From assembly GCA_038245295.1 (NCBI GenBank), contig JBBRSP010000007.1, positions 1-64,000 on the forward strand: DNA of 64,000 bases, written 5' to 3'. The notes below the pieces were generated by a model that did not search any database, was not told the DNA's origin, and saw nothing but the letters and a program-made list of their open reading frames with translations. The stretch comes from Candidatus Binatia bacterium. GTDB taxonomy: Bacteria; Desulfobacterota; Binatia; HRBIN30. This document shows positions 38,801 to 47,988 of the stretch, one piece after another (the first letter of the stretch is position 1; every line of letters begins with the position of its first letter). The translations under genes were made by a program, and so were the position numbers.

Positions 38801-39820
38801 GAGCTCGAGCTGCAGCACTTCGACCAGGCTTGTACGATCTTCGCCTCCGGAGCCGGCCTCTTCTACTACTCCGGCCTGTCGTTCCGCATCGGCAAGCGCA
38901 TCCTCGGGGTCGCCGCCAAGATGGTTCGGCCGGGCAACGTGCGCGACGAATTTCCGTATCGTTCGATGGCGTTCATCGCCGCATATCTCACCGGCGAGTG
39001 GAAGACCGCCGCGACAGTGCCGACGCAACTGGTCGCCGATGCCCTGCGCAGCGGGCAATTCTGGGACGCCAACACGTACATCGGCTTGTACTGCGACATG
39101 TTGCTGCGTCAGGGCCAGTTCGCCGCCGCCGAGCATCAGTTGCAGCAGCTCCAGGAGCTACGCGACGACTATCGCTTTCAGTTTGCCGGAACGAACCACG
39201 ATGGCATGCGCGCCATCTGGTTGATCGAAAGACGCGAGATCGAGGCGGGTATTACCGCCGCCGAGCACTACGCCGATGGCCGCACCGAGGAGCCACTGCA
39301 GGCCTTGTCCTTTGGCACGTTGGCCAAAGCGCTGCTGCTGGGCGGCCGAATCAGCGACGCGGAGCAGGTGTTGGGGCGGGTCGCGACCTTGTCCCGACCC
39401 GGGGAAATCCCGCCTTGGCACATGAGCGCCGTCGCCGCGGCGCGCCTGCGCCTGCATCTCACACAACTGCGCACCGAGCCTGGCAACGGCACTCTACAAC
39501 GTCAGGCCCGTCGCAGTGCGCGGCAGGGGCTGGCGATTACCAATCGCGTGGCAGTGCAGCGCACCGAGATTTTCCGACTGGCCGGCGAGACCCGCTGGTT
39601 GTGCGGTCAAACACGTAAGGCCAAACAGCTCTTCGAGAGGGCGGTGGCCGTCAGCGCCCAACTGGATTGCCAGCCGGAGCTGGCGCGCACCTACGCGGCG
39701 GCTGCCGAGCTGCTGGCGGGTACGAATGACAAGCTCAACGGCCTCAGCCCGACCGAGTGCGGCGCGCGAGCGCAGCAACTGTTCTCCGAGCTCGGCATCG
39801 CCGCTGACGCGCCGCGGTAG
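35831..39820 (+). CDS. Tandem class III adenylate/guanylate cyclase domains + STAND AAA ATPase + TPR-like region
   Basis: Two cyclase domains; LVGRDAE, AEAGIGKSRL, VFEDLHWAD, GGNPFY, Y.FRHAL.QE..Y. Confidence 0.9.
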   Translation: MPPESKSATEERRIATVMFADISGFTALSEKLDPEEVTTVMNGAFIRLESVVFAHGGIVDEYLGDCVKAVFGFSPDIQNPTFHAVEAALELRQTLYQYNIDASLPLPLDIHIGLTTGPVTAMIVGDENKSDFSVFGDTVRLASRLEDVSDRGDIFVGPGTFAATADDFEFKPRDPVTLRPYPEPFAVYELVGKRSSERVVRDSERRQASVLFAELVGVDALVDTFSEADLTELLGELLHRMARSVSSFGGCVDKYLGEGIMALFGVPNAIERAPQQAINCAIDLRHAVATFERERNLPSPLALHIGVNTGLCIAGEIGGRVKRDFTVMGDTVNLAARLKEAAHGGDIYIGPETYRYVRGEFEFTPTEPLKLKGKAQPVPAYRVLSERVQIHRQSSSDDRRLFSPLVGRDAEIAQIRDGAVGLRRGHGSILAVIAEAGIGKSRLLSDALQPQRDDGQVILARSLAIGRTMSFHPFVDLLRHWCGVGEETAGAEILTKLAHSMQRVLGPDSDDALPFIGRLMGLPLSPESSQRMIGIDGEALEHLITKHLRDLLAAIGQHAPRVLVFEDLHWADRSSLRLLEEIVPLARDVPLLFVLATRPIASETSEPLLANLRKSCAEYYSEVRLAPLGSSDAEALVANLLRLDEIPAKLREVVTGRTGGNPFYIEEVLRALVDQGAIEFADDAYRVTPSIDTVALPGTIHEVIMSRVDRLDEPARQVLRVASVIGRQFPQQVLARVVPRGSQLQVDIATLLERQLIEPRLDEWSVPVGTQTSSRELEYLFRHALAQEAVYQSILLRSRKELHQQVAVAIEQSFASDLSKHFSPIAHHYRQAEQWEPAEAYLVKAGVVAAAAAASSEALVLFNDALELYNRLHGDGGGDARHRALIEKHIGLGLLNTGQIPESIPHFDVASGLLGDPAGDKSIRSYVRVAGDFAALLRQLYLSRGHRRAPADIERELEWSDILFNRARAEITSDPTRLFLDNISALRRFNELELQHFDQACTIFASGAGLFYYSGLSFRIGKRILGVAAKMVRPGNVRDEFPYRSMAFIAAYLTGEWKTAATVPTQLVADALRSGQFWDANTYIGLYCDMLLRQGQFAAAEHQLQQLQELRDDYRFQFAGTNHDGMRAIWLIERREIEAGITAAEHYADGRTEEPLQALSFGTLAKALLLGGRISDAEQVLGRVATLSRPGEIPPWHMSAVAAARLRLHLTQLRTEPGNGTLQRQARRSARQGLAITNRVAVQRTEIFRLAGETRWLCGQTRKAKQLFERAVAVSAQLDCQPELARTYAAAAELLAGTNDKLNGLSPTECGARAQQLFSELGIAADAPR

Positions 39821-39857
39821 GACCGCCGGCCTTCGGTGAAGAGCGTCGGGGTGAGGG

Positions 39858-40068
39858 GGCTTTACGGCAATTCAGATGCGAGGCCTTCGAGACGCCGCCA
39901 AACATCCTTCGAGACGGCACCAGAAGAAGGTGCCTCTCTTCAGGAGGCGGCTCCTCAGGCCGAACGGTTACATGGTTGAGTTCTAAGCTTAATTTCCGTT
40001 CGCCCTGAGGAGGCCGCATCTTTTCAGCGGCCCTCTCGAAGGGCATTCTCGAATTGTCGTGCAAAGCC
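39858..40068. mobile_element. 211-bp MITE with IS903-like TIRs and 9-bp TSD
   Basis: GGCTTTACGGCAATTC ... GAATTGTCGTGCAAAGCC; GGGTGAGGG at 39849-39857 and 40069-40077; internal CCTTCGAGAC/CCTCAGG palindrome. Confidence 0.8.
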
Positions 40069-40106
40069 GGGTGAGGGCGCCCGACGGAGGTTCCGGATGA
40101 TCCCAA

Positions 40107-40160
40107 CCCTCACCCTAACCCTCTCCCAGATGTTGCGAATCCGGCCGAGCTGGGAGAGGG
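40107..40160. repeat. Family C hairpin repeat
   Basis: CCCTCACCCTAACCCTCTCCCAG...CTGGGAGAGGG; reverse-complement match to 17364-17417. Confidence 0.75.
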
Positions 40161-40181
40161 AATGCTCGCAGTATCCTCCCA

Positions 40182-41729
40182 TCACCAGAACAGCACGCCG
40201 AGGAGCGCCGCGATCGCGATCGCGACACAAACCCACGCAAACACATCACCGAACCGCTCGTACACCGACACTTCCGACGAGGCATGCACCGAGCCGCGGA
40301 CCGTCGCACGGGTGAACAGCTTACTCCTCACTTCGACCACTCCGCTCGGTGCGACGATGGCCGACGGCCCGGCGGTCGACGCCCGTACCAGGTAACGACG
40401 CTGTTCGACGGCCCTGAAACGCGCCATGTCGAAGGCAATGCCGGAGAACGTGGCGTCGCTCACCCACGTGTCGTTGGTCAGGTTGATGAGCAACTGTGCG
40501 CCGCGGCGCACGGCGTCGCCGGAGAGATCCGGGAACATCGCCTCGTTGCAGATGACGACACCGGCCGGCCCAGCAACGGTTGGCAGGATGACCGGCTCCG
40601 CCGCCGCGGTGAATTGCCGGACCTTGCCGAAATCGCGCTGCAGCAGGTCACTCCAGGCAAATGGGAAATATTCGGCAAACGGCAGGAGTCGCTGCTTGTC
40701 ATAACGCAAGCGTGGTCGACCCGAGGGGTCGATCAGGAATGCCGAGTTGAAATAGGTTTCACCGGTTGCGGTGACATCGCGATGTGGTCCACCGACAACC
40801 AGCTGCGCCTTGTGCGGTCCAAGCACGCTGCCAATCGATGCCTGATACGCGGGTTCTTCCTCGACGAAGAAAGTCATGGCGCTCTCTGGCCACACGACCA
40901 GCGCGGCAGGCTGCTTGCGCAACTCGTCCAAGGTGGCGCGCAGATAGGTTTCGAGGTTGCGACCGTAGAGGTCCTGGTGCCACTGCGAACCAAGGTCGAG
41001 GTTGTCTTGCACGATCAGCACGGTCGTCGCCTCGGTCGCCGGCGACGTCCGCGCCAGGCGCACCTCGCCATACGCCAGGGCTACAACCAAACACGCGGAC
41101 GCCACAGCCACCGAGGGCCATGCCGCGCGTGGACCGCTCCAGCGTGCCATCAACTCGACGAGTGAGAAGCTGACCAGGGCCAACAGCCAGGTGACCCCAT
41201 ACACGCCGGTGATGTCGGCAATCTGCATGATCGGCAGGACGCCGCTTTGGCTGTAGCCCCACAACACCCACGGGTTACCGGTGAGCACCGACGAACGGAA
41301 GAATTCGCCCGCCACCCAGGCGGAGGCGGCGGCCGGCGGCACCATCCAGGTCGGCAAACGACAGAGACGGCCATAAGCCGCACCCACCACGGCATAGGGC
41401 GGCACGACCATGAGCAGCACAACGGCGGCAAACATCAGCCAACCGAGCCAGATCGGCTGATGGAAGTAGATGTTCACCGTGCGCGGTAGCCACGCCACGG
41501 TCATTACCGCACCGGCACTCGCCAGAACCCCGCCGAGGAACGCACCGCGACCGCTGTGACAGCGACGCAGGACAAACAAGGCCGGGAGCAACACTACCCA
41601 GGCGAGCCAGCGCCAGGCGAACGGCGGGAAACAGGTTCCGTACAACAGGCCCGACACCACCATCACCGCGACATCGGCAATGATCCCGCCGCGGTGGTGC
41701 TTGACATCCGCAGGGTCGCGGCGCGACAT
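40182..41729 (-). CDS. lnt: Apolipoprotein N-acyltransferase
   Basis: TM domain, G.PW...GYSQ, VVWPESA, YDKQRLLPFAEY, ICNE, NLTNDTW, RAVEQRR; start uncertain. Confidence 0.9.
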   Translation of the reverse strand: MSRRDPADVKHHRGGIIADVAVMVVSGLLYGTCFPPFAWRWLAWVVLLPALFVLRRCHSGRGAFLGGVLASAGAVMTVAWLPRTVNIYFHQPIWLGWLMFAAVVLLMVVPPYAVVGAAYGRLCRLPTWMVPPAAASAWVAGEFFRSSVLTGNPWVLWGYSQSGVLPIMQIADITGVYGVTWLLALVSFSLVELMARWSGPRAAWPSVAVASACLVVALAYGEVRLARTSPATEATTVLIVQDNLDLGSQWHQDLYGRNLETYLRATLDELRKQPAALVVWPESAMTFFVEEEPAYQASIGSVLGPHKAQLVVGGPHRDVTATGETYFNSAFLIDPSGRPRLRYDKQRLLPFAEYFPFAWSDLLQRDFGKVRQFTAAAEPVILPTVAGPAGVVICNEAMFPDLSGDAVRRGAQLLINLTNDTWVSDATFSGIAFDMARFRAVEQRRYLVRASTAGPSAIVAPSGVVEVRSKLFTRATVRGSVHASSEVSVYERFGDVFAWVCVAIAIAALLGVLFW

Positions 41730-41739
41730 CGTTGCCGTC

Positions 41740-42837
41740 ATGACGAGTGCGTCTCTGCCGCCCCTGCGCCAACTTGTCCAGGCCATCCCCACGGAATGTT
41801 ACCGGCGCCCGATGTGGCGCGGCATCGCTTACCTGGTGCGCGCGACGCTGATCTACGCCCTGCTCCTGGCCGCCCTGTGGTACACCGACCAGCCACTGGC
41901 ACTGCTACTACTGTGGCCGCTGGCGGGCCTGGCGATCAGCGGGCTGTTCGTGTTGGCACACGACGCGGCGCACGACGCACTGTTCGAATCGCGCGCCTTG
42001 AACCAACTGATGGCCCGTCTCGCCCTGCTGCCAACCCTACACGCGGCGGCCGTGTGGACACTCGGGCACAACCGCATCCACCACGTCCACACCAACCGAG
42101 TCGATTACGATTTCGTCTGGCACCCGTTGTCGCCAGTACAATTTGCCGAGCTCACACCCTGGCAGAAGTTGAACCATCGCTTCGAGTGGAGCACCGCCGG
42201 CATGGGCTGGTACTACCTGCGGCGCATCTGGTGGGAACGCATGATGCGCTTTCCTGCGCCGGGACGCTTTGCGCCTCTGTTCCGCGCCGATCGTATCGTG
42301 GTTGTGCTGTACGCCACTCTCTGGTCGCTTTGCCTGGCGGGTCTCGGCTATCGCCACGGCGGCACCGTGTCGGCCGTGTGGACCTGGTGCAAGCTCGGGC
42401 TGATGCCTTGGCTGCTGTGGAACTACTTCATCGCCGCAACCGTATTCGTGCAACACACGGCACCCCGCGCGCCATGGCTACGCGGCGACGAATGGAAGCG
42501 CAATCGCGGCCAGCTCGAGTCGTCGACCAACTATCTCGTGCCTGGTTGGTATAATCTCTTCGCGCACAACATCTACCTGCACCTGCCGCATCACATCGAC
42601 GCCAGGATCCCGTTCTACAACCTACCCGCCGCTCTAGCGGCCTTGCGGCGCACCTATCCGCACCTCGTCCGCGTCAGCCGCCTCGGCTGGCGTCACTTCC
42701 TCCACCTGCAGCGGCACTGCAAACTCTACGACTTCGAACGCGGCGCCTGGCTCGACTATCGCGATGCGGCGGCGGTGTTGGTGACCACACCGCCAGCGTC
42801 GGCGACTGCCACCAACGGTGCCGCAACGGCGGCGTAG
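41740..42837 (+). CDS. Membrane fatty acid desaturase (delta12/omega-like)
   Basis: His boxes HDAAH, HNRIHH, HLPHH; IPFYNL. Confidence 0.9.
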   Translation: MTSASLPPLRQLVQAIPTECYRRPMWRGIAYLVRATLIYALLLAALWYTDQPLALLLLWPLAGLAISGLFVLAHDAAHDALFESRALNQLMARLALLPTLHAAAVWTLGHNRIHHVHTNRVDYDFVWHPLSPVQFAELTPWQKLNHRFEWSTAGMGWYYLRRIWWERMMRFPAPGRFAPLFRADRIVVVLYATLWSLCLAGLGYRHGGTVSAVWTWCKLGLMPWLLWNYFIAATVFVQHTAPRAPWLRGDEWKRNRGQLESSTNYLVPGWYNLFAHNIYLHLPHHIDARIPFYNLPAALAALRRTYPHLVRVSRLGWRHFLHLQRHCKLYDFERGAWLDYRDAAAVLVTTPPASATATNGAATAA

Positions 42838-43529
42838 ACGCGGGCGAGCAATTCCTCCGGCGTCGCGCTGTCGCTCGGAGAGATGGCTGCGCCGATATGC
42901 AGCGTGGCGACGATCGGCGGGCCGGCGGCAACACGGTCGCGGATATGGCACCACAAGCTCAGGTCCTCGACCCAATGGGCGCGTTGTGTGTCGTAGATGA
43001 TCGTCGCGGGAATGATCGGCACGGCAGTGCGGTGCAGCAGGCGAAACAGGCCCAGGGGAAATTCTGCCGGCAGAGCCGCATCGCTAGTCGTGCCTTCGGG
43101 GAAGATGGCGACCGGGGCTTGGGCCAAGCGCCGCAACAGCACGCGCGCCGCGCGGGCCCGGCCACTCAACGCGTCGCGATCAACGAACACGGCGCCAATT
43201 TCCTGCAGCACCGGGCCAATCAGCGGCCAATCGACGACATCGCCACGACATAAGAACGTCGTACGAAACGCCGATCCAACGACCAGGGCATCGAGATAGC
43301 TGCGGTGATTGACGATGATCGCGCCACTCTGTAGCGGCACGACTCCGACGGTGTGCAGCCGCAGGCGCAAGGCTCGGCGTGCCCACGGACTCCAGCCGTG
43401 CAGCATCCCCACCGCAACGTCCTGAGCGTCGCCCCGTCGACTCTTGGTCAACCGATGGAACAAGAGACAGGCATAGCCGCTCACAATCAAAAACCCGGCG
43501 CCGGCCACGGCGCGCCAGGTTGCTCGCAT
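42756..43529 (-). CDS. 1-acylglycerol-3-phosphate acyltransferase (PlsC-like)
   Basis: NHRSYLD, WPLIG, FVDR, FPEGTT. Confidence 0.85.
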   Translation of the reverse strand: MRATWRAVAGAGFLIVSGYACLLFHRLTKSRRGDAQDVAVGMLHGWSPWARRALRLRLHTVGVVPLQSGAIIVNHRSYLDALVVGSAFRTTFLCRGDVVDWPLIGPVLQEIGAVFVDRDALSGRARAARVLLRRLAQAPVAIFPEGTTSDAALPAEFPLGLFRLLHRTAVPIIPATIIYDTQRAHWVEDLSLWCHIRDRVAAGPPIVATLHIGAAISPSDSATPEELLARVYAAVAAPLVAVADAGGVVTNTAAASR

Positions 43530-43687
43530 TTCGGCTGCTTCCACGCTGGCGCATCGTCTCGCCGATCGTGCCTCGACGCAAGTGTTGGAACTGGGGTGAG
43601 CTCCGTCGTCCCGGCAAAGGCGGCCCGGTTCCAAGGGATGGCAATCGTCAGAGCGAAACCCCTTTCACAGCCTGGGGTCGTTGCACA

Positions 43688-43703
43688 CGGCACCGACGTT
43701 GCA
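43688..43703 (+). promoter_or_regulatory. Candidate sigma54 promoter
   Basis: CGGCACCGACGTTGCA, GG-N10-GC, 30 nt upstream of ATG 43733. Confidence 0.55.
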
Positions 43704-43732
43704 TCTCTCTGCGCGACAGAGGGCTCGAGACG

Positions 43733-45361
43733 ATGGAAAGATCGGAGTTCGACGTCGTCATCATTGGTGGTGGGCATAACGCCCTGACCTGCGCCGCCTA
43801 CCTGGGCAAGGCCGGGGTCGATGTATGCATCCTCGAGGGTCGCCACGAATGGGGCGGCGCCGTCTACACCGCCGAACACACGGCCCCAGGCTTCTGCCAC
43901 AACATCCACTCCAATTTCATGGAGTTCCTGCACATCATGCCGTTCTTCGAGGATTTCGATTTGCCGAGCCTTGGAGCGCGGACGATCTTTCCCGAGGCGC
44001 AGGCGGGCATGCCGTTCGCCGATGGCCGGCCGCCGGTCATCATTTACCGCAACGACATGATCGAGCGGACCTGTAAGAACTTCGCTGTCTACTCGCAGCA
44101 TGACGCCGACACCTGGCGTGCGCTGAAGACGCAGGCCAACAACCTCGAGCCCCTGTTCGCGATGGGCCTCTACACGCCGCCCGCACTGATCGACTTCAAC
44201 GGCCCTCTGCCCAATCCGCACGAGGGCACGATGATGATGATGAAGATGTTCGGCCTCGATCCCGAGCTGGCCTTCAAGTCGATTCGCGACTGCATTGATG
44301 AGCTCTTCGAGACCGACGAGATCCGCGCCATGTTCTATCGCGTCGCCGTCGAGTTCTGCGGCCCGCCGATCGAATGGCCCGGCACCGGTGGGCTGTTCCT
44401 GTTCTCGTGCCTGATCATGCCCGGGTGCTGGCGCATGATGGTTGGTGGCTCACATCGTTTGAACGGCGCCATGGTCACCGCGTGTTTGAAGAATGGCGTC
44501 ACCATGCGCGAGGCGAGCCGCGTCAAGAAGGTCATCCTCGAAGGTGGCAAGGCGGTCGGTGTCGAAACCGTCGACGGACACAAGTACATGGCGCGCCAGG
44601 CCGTGGTCAGCGGTATCGGTTTGAAAGACACGTTTCTCGATCTGGTCGGCGAAACGCATCTTTCCGATTACGCCCAACGACGCATCAAGAACTACAAAGA
44701 CGGCCCGGATCAGGTCCTGGGCTCGGTGGCGATGGCGCTGCACGAGGCACCTCATTACAAATCAGCGGCCCACGACCCGGATGTCGACAAGGCGTGGTAC
44801 CAGATCGTCGGCTACGACTGCGCCAAGGATGTGCTCGACTACAACCGCGCCGGTCACATCGATCGCATTCCCGACCTGCCGGCGGCCGGGGTGTGGATCA
44901 ATTCGATCTGGGACAAGACCCAGGCTCCCGACGGCAAACACAACCTCACCGGCTGGTACTTCTTCCCGCGCGCCAGTGCGCTCAACGAAGCACAGTGGGA
45001 CGACGTCAAGGCGACGTACAACGCGCGTTTCTTGTCGCTGTACGAGAAGTTCGCGCCCAACATGACACCGAGCAACGTCATCGCCGACTATCTGCACACA
45101 CCACTCGATCAAGAGCGCGGCATGCGCATGCGCGAAGGCGATTTCGGCCACGGCGCGATGAGTATCGACCAGCTCGTCGGCATGCGGCCGTACGCCGGGG
45201 CCGGACGCTACTCGACCGAGATTCCAGGATTGTATCTGTGTGGCAGCTGCACCCACCCAGGCGGCGGAGTAACCGCCGCGCCCGGGTACAACGCGTTCAA
45301 GATCCTGTGCGAGGACTTCGGTTATCCCGAGGTGTGGCGCAGCAACACGCGCCCCTACTGA
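43733..45361 (+). CDS. Phytoene-desaturase-superfamily FAD oxidoreductase, paralog A
   Basis: IIGGGHNAL, E.R..WGGA, GLYLCGSCTHPGGGV.A.PGYN. Confidence 0.85.
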   Translation: MERSEFDVVIIGGGHNALTCAAYLGKAGVDVCILEGRHEWGGAVYTAEHTAPGFCHNIHSNFMEFLHIMPFFEDFDLPSLGARTIFPEAQAGMPFADGRPPVIIYRNDMIERTCKNFAVYSQHDADTWRALKTQANNLEPLFAMGLYTPPALIDFNGPLPNPHEGTMMMMKMFGLDPELAFKSIRDCIDELFETDEIRAMFYRVAVEFCGPPIEWPGTGGLFLFSCLIMPGCWRMMVGGSHRLNGAMVTACLKNGVTMREASRVKKVILEGGKAVGVETVDGHKYMARQAVVSGIGLKDTFLDLVGETHLSDYAQRRIKNYKDGPDQVLGSVAMALHEAPHYKSAAHDPDVDKAWYQIVGYDCAKDVLDYNRAGHIDRIPDLPAAGVWINSIWDKTQAPDGKHNLTGWYFFPRASALNEAQWDDVKATYNARFLSLYEKFAPNMTPSNVIADYLHTPLDQERGMRMREGDFGHGAMSIDQLVGMRPYAGAGRYSTEIPGLYLCGSCTHPGGGVTAAPGYNAFKILCEDFGYPEVWRSNTRPY

Positions 45362-45410
45362 GGGAACCGCCGCACGTTGAACCGCCGAGACAAGCGCGAG
45401 GGCTCGAACG

Positions 45411-47012
45411 ATGGGAATGTTTGAAAACGGTTTCGATGCAATCGTGATAGGTGCCGGACACAACGGCATGTCGCTGGCCGCCTATCTGGCCAAGAGCGGC
45501 TGGAGTGTGGCGGTGCTCGAACGCCGCACCGAAGAAGGCGGCGGCCTCAACACCGAAGAAGTCACCGAGCCAAACTTCCTGCACAACCTGCACTCCAACT
45601 ACCACTCACTGGTCGGCCTGAGCCCGGTCTACGATGACCTCGAACTGCTCGACAACGGCGTCGACTACGTGCTGCCCGACGTTCAGATGGGCAGCATCTT
45701 CGCCGACGGCACGGCGCTCACCATCCACACCGACATGCGCAAGACCTACGACAGCTTTGCGCGTTTCTCGAAGAAGGATGCCGACACGTGGATGCGCCTC
45801 TGGGATGAGGTCGGCGGTTACATGGATCTGATGGTGCGCACACTCATGTTCGCGCCGCCCATCAAGCTGAACGACCTGACGCGTGCCCTCGCCTCCTGGG
45901 GCGTCGAAGAGCGCTCGGAGTTTCTGACGGCGCGCCTGCGCTCGATCTCGGTAGCCGACTTCCTCGACAAGCACTTCGAGAACGATCGCATCAAGGCGAT
46001 GCTCGCCTTCCACGCGGCGATCTGCGCCTACCAGCCGCACATCAAGGGCCTGGCGGTGACATTGCCGGTCCTGCTCGGCAAGATCGCCAATTGGCACCTG
46101 TGCAAAGGCGGCAGCCATCGCCTGGCGCACGCCTTGATGCGCGTCATCGTCAAAGCCGGCGGACGTGTCTTTCCACAGGTTCCGGTCGAAGAGATTGTCG
46201 TCGAAAACGGGCAGGCCGTCGGCGTGCGCACGCCGGATGGATTCATTCGCGCCCACAAACTGGTCGCCTCGAGTGTCGACGTGAATCAGACGTTCGAGAA
46301 GCTCCTCAAGCGTGAACACGTCGCCGACAGCACAGCCGCAGCGGTAGCGGAGGTGCAGTACCAGGACGCGACGCTGTTCAATGTGCACCTCGCGATGAAC
46401 GGGTTGCCGCGATACAAGGCGGCGAGTTTCGACCCCGACATCGAACGCGCCTGGATCTTGAACATCGGCTTCGAGTCGCTGGCCGACTTCAAGGACGAGT
46501 TCGATCGTATCCGTACCGGACAGCTGCCAGCGTCGCCGCGGCTCAATGTCGCCGTCAACTCGCTCTACGACCCGACCGACGCCCCCGAAGGCAAGGCAAC
46601 CGGGCTCATTCGTGTCTTCGCTCCATTCGGGCTGGCCGACGGCGGACCGGAAGCATGGCGTGGCGCCGCGAAGGACTTCGGACGCCGTTGCGTCGAACGT
46701 TGGGCCAGTGTCTGCACCAACATGAACGATGACCTGATCCGCATGTGGGTTGCCGAGACGCCGTACGACATCAGTCAGAAGATCATCAACTATCGCTTCG
46801 GCGACTGGATGGTGGGACGCATTCATCCGAAGAGTTTACTCGAGCACCGTCCGACCGACGAGTTGGCGCAGTACCGCACACCGATCAAAGGCCTGTACAT
46901 GTGCGGCGCCTCGCAGCATCCGCACGGCTACATCACGTTCGCCCCTGGATACAATTGCCTGGGCATCATCGCCGACGATTACGGAATGGACAAATGGTGG
47001 CAACACATCTGA
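45411..47012 (+). CDS. Phytoene-desaturase-superfamily FAD oxidoreductase, paralog B
   Basis: VIGAGHNGM, ERR..EGGG, YRTPIKGLYMCGASQHP.G..PGYN. Confidence 0.85.
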   Translation: MGMFENGFDAIVIGAGHNGMSLAAYLAKSGWSVAVLERRTEEGGGLNTEEVTEPNFLHNLHSNYHSLVGLSPVYDDLELLDNGVDYVLPDVQMGSIFADGTALTIHTDMRKTYDSFARFSKKDADTWMRLWDEVGGYMDLMVRTLMFAPPIKLNDLTRALASWGVEERSEFLTARLRSISVADFLDKHFENDRIKAMLAFHAAICAYQPHIKGLAVTLPVLLGKIANWHLCKGGSHRLAHALMRVIVKAGGRVFPQVPVEEIVVENGQAVGVRTPDGFIRAHKLVASSVDVNQTFEKLLKREHVADSTAAAVAEVQYQDATLFNVHLAMNGLPRYKAASFDPDIERAWILNIGFESLADFKDEFDRIRTGQLPASPRLNVAVNSLYDPTDAPEGKATGLIRVFAPFGLADGGPEAWRGAAKDFGRRCVERWASVCTNMNDDLIRMWVAETPYDISQKIINYRFGDWMVGRIHPKSLLEHRPTDELAQYRTPIKGLYMCGASQHPHGYITFAPGYNCLGIIADDYGMDKWWQHI

Positions 47013-47515
47013 TGGCAACTCTGGATACCCGGCCCGATGTGTTGCCGGTGGTCCTCGTGGGTGACGATCAGGCCAGTGGTCTGGCCGACATGCTGCGCCA
47101 ATTCATCGAACAAACGCTGGCCGAGTCGCCACGCAAGCAACGCCAGGCGCGGTCCCTGTCAGGGGCAACCCTGTTCCGCTCGGCCGAGGACGACGACCTC
47201 TGTGTCTGCATCACGTTCGCCGGCGATCACATCGAATTGCGCGACGAAGCGACACCACCAGTCGGCCTACCAGCGATCACCGCCGACTTCCTCACCATCG
47301 CCCACTTGACGTCGGGGCAAGCGAATCCGTTCTGGTTGCTGGCACGGCGCCGGCTCCAAGCGCGCTTCACAATCCGCCAGGTGCCGTTTCTGCTGCGGCT
47401 GCTGCGTTTCATGCGAATCGAGCGGCATGCTCCATCAAATCAGATGGAAACTCCCCCTCTCCCAGCAGGACCGAATCTGCCTGAGCCGGGAGAGGAAGCG
47501 CCACGGACCCGCTAA
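47012..47515 (+). CDS. SCP2-like sterol/lipid-binding protein
   Basis: TGATG coupling; ITAD...L.SGQANP....RRL pattern. Confidence 0.55.
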   Translation: MATLDTRPDVLPVVLVGDDQASGLADMLRQFIEQTLAESPRKQRQARSLSGATLFRSAEDDDLCVCITFAGDHIELRDEATPPVGLPAITADFLTIAHLTSGQANPFWLLARRRLQARFTIRQVPFLLRLLRFMRIERHAPSNQMETPPLPAGPNLPEPGEEAPRTR

Positions 47516-47535
47516 ATGTTCCAAGGAGGCAACCC

Positions 47536-47988
47536 ATGTCGGTGATTTACTCGGATGCTTGGTATGAAGACATGAAGCGGCTGATCAACGGCTCCGAGCA
47601 ACTCGCGAAGCTGGCCCCCAAGATCCGGATCGCCTTTTCGCTCGAAGTGATGGGCGACGGGGCGTCGCCGTATGTCCCGAAGGATGGCGGCCGCTACTTT
47701 CTCTTGGCGATCGAGAACGGCAAGGTTACGGATTTTTGCCCGCTACCGGAACGCCATGATGGCAAGGGTCTCAACTTCCGCTTCACCGCCCCGGCGACCA
47801 TCTGGGAAGGCGTTGCCGCCGGCACGAACGATCCCATCCGCTGCGGCCTGCGCGGTCAGATCAAGGTGCGCGGCGATATGAAGTTCCTGATGGAGAATGC
47901 CGACGCGGTAAAGCTCGCCATCGATCTGTACGGTCACCAGGTGAACACCGAGTGGCCGCTGGGGGCGCCGCCGTATGTGCATGCCTGA
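47536..47988 (+). CDS. SCP2 sterol-carrier domain protein
   Basis: F.FTAP..IW.G...G..DP....L.GQIKVRGDM..LM; RBS AGGAGG. Confidence 0.75.
   Translation: MSVIYSDAWYEDMKRLINGSEQLAKLAPKIRIAFSLEVMGDGASPYVPKDGGRYFLLAIENGKVTDFCPLPERHDGKGLNFRFTAPATIWEGVAAGTNDPIRCGLRGQIKVRGDMKFLMENADAVKLAIDLYGHQVNTEWPLGAPPYVHA

Noticed and set aside
35419..39820. Pycsar/CBASS-type anti-phage system (cyclase plus TM effector)
   Set aside because: Architecture is cyclase-STAND-TPR, the membrane protein has no visible cNMP-binding domain, and there is no defence-island context; not fully excluded.
43733..47012. Carotenoid biosynthesis cluster (crtI)
   Set aside because: No phytoene synthase, GGPP synthase or cyclase nearby; only superfamily-level motifs are supported.
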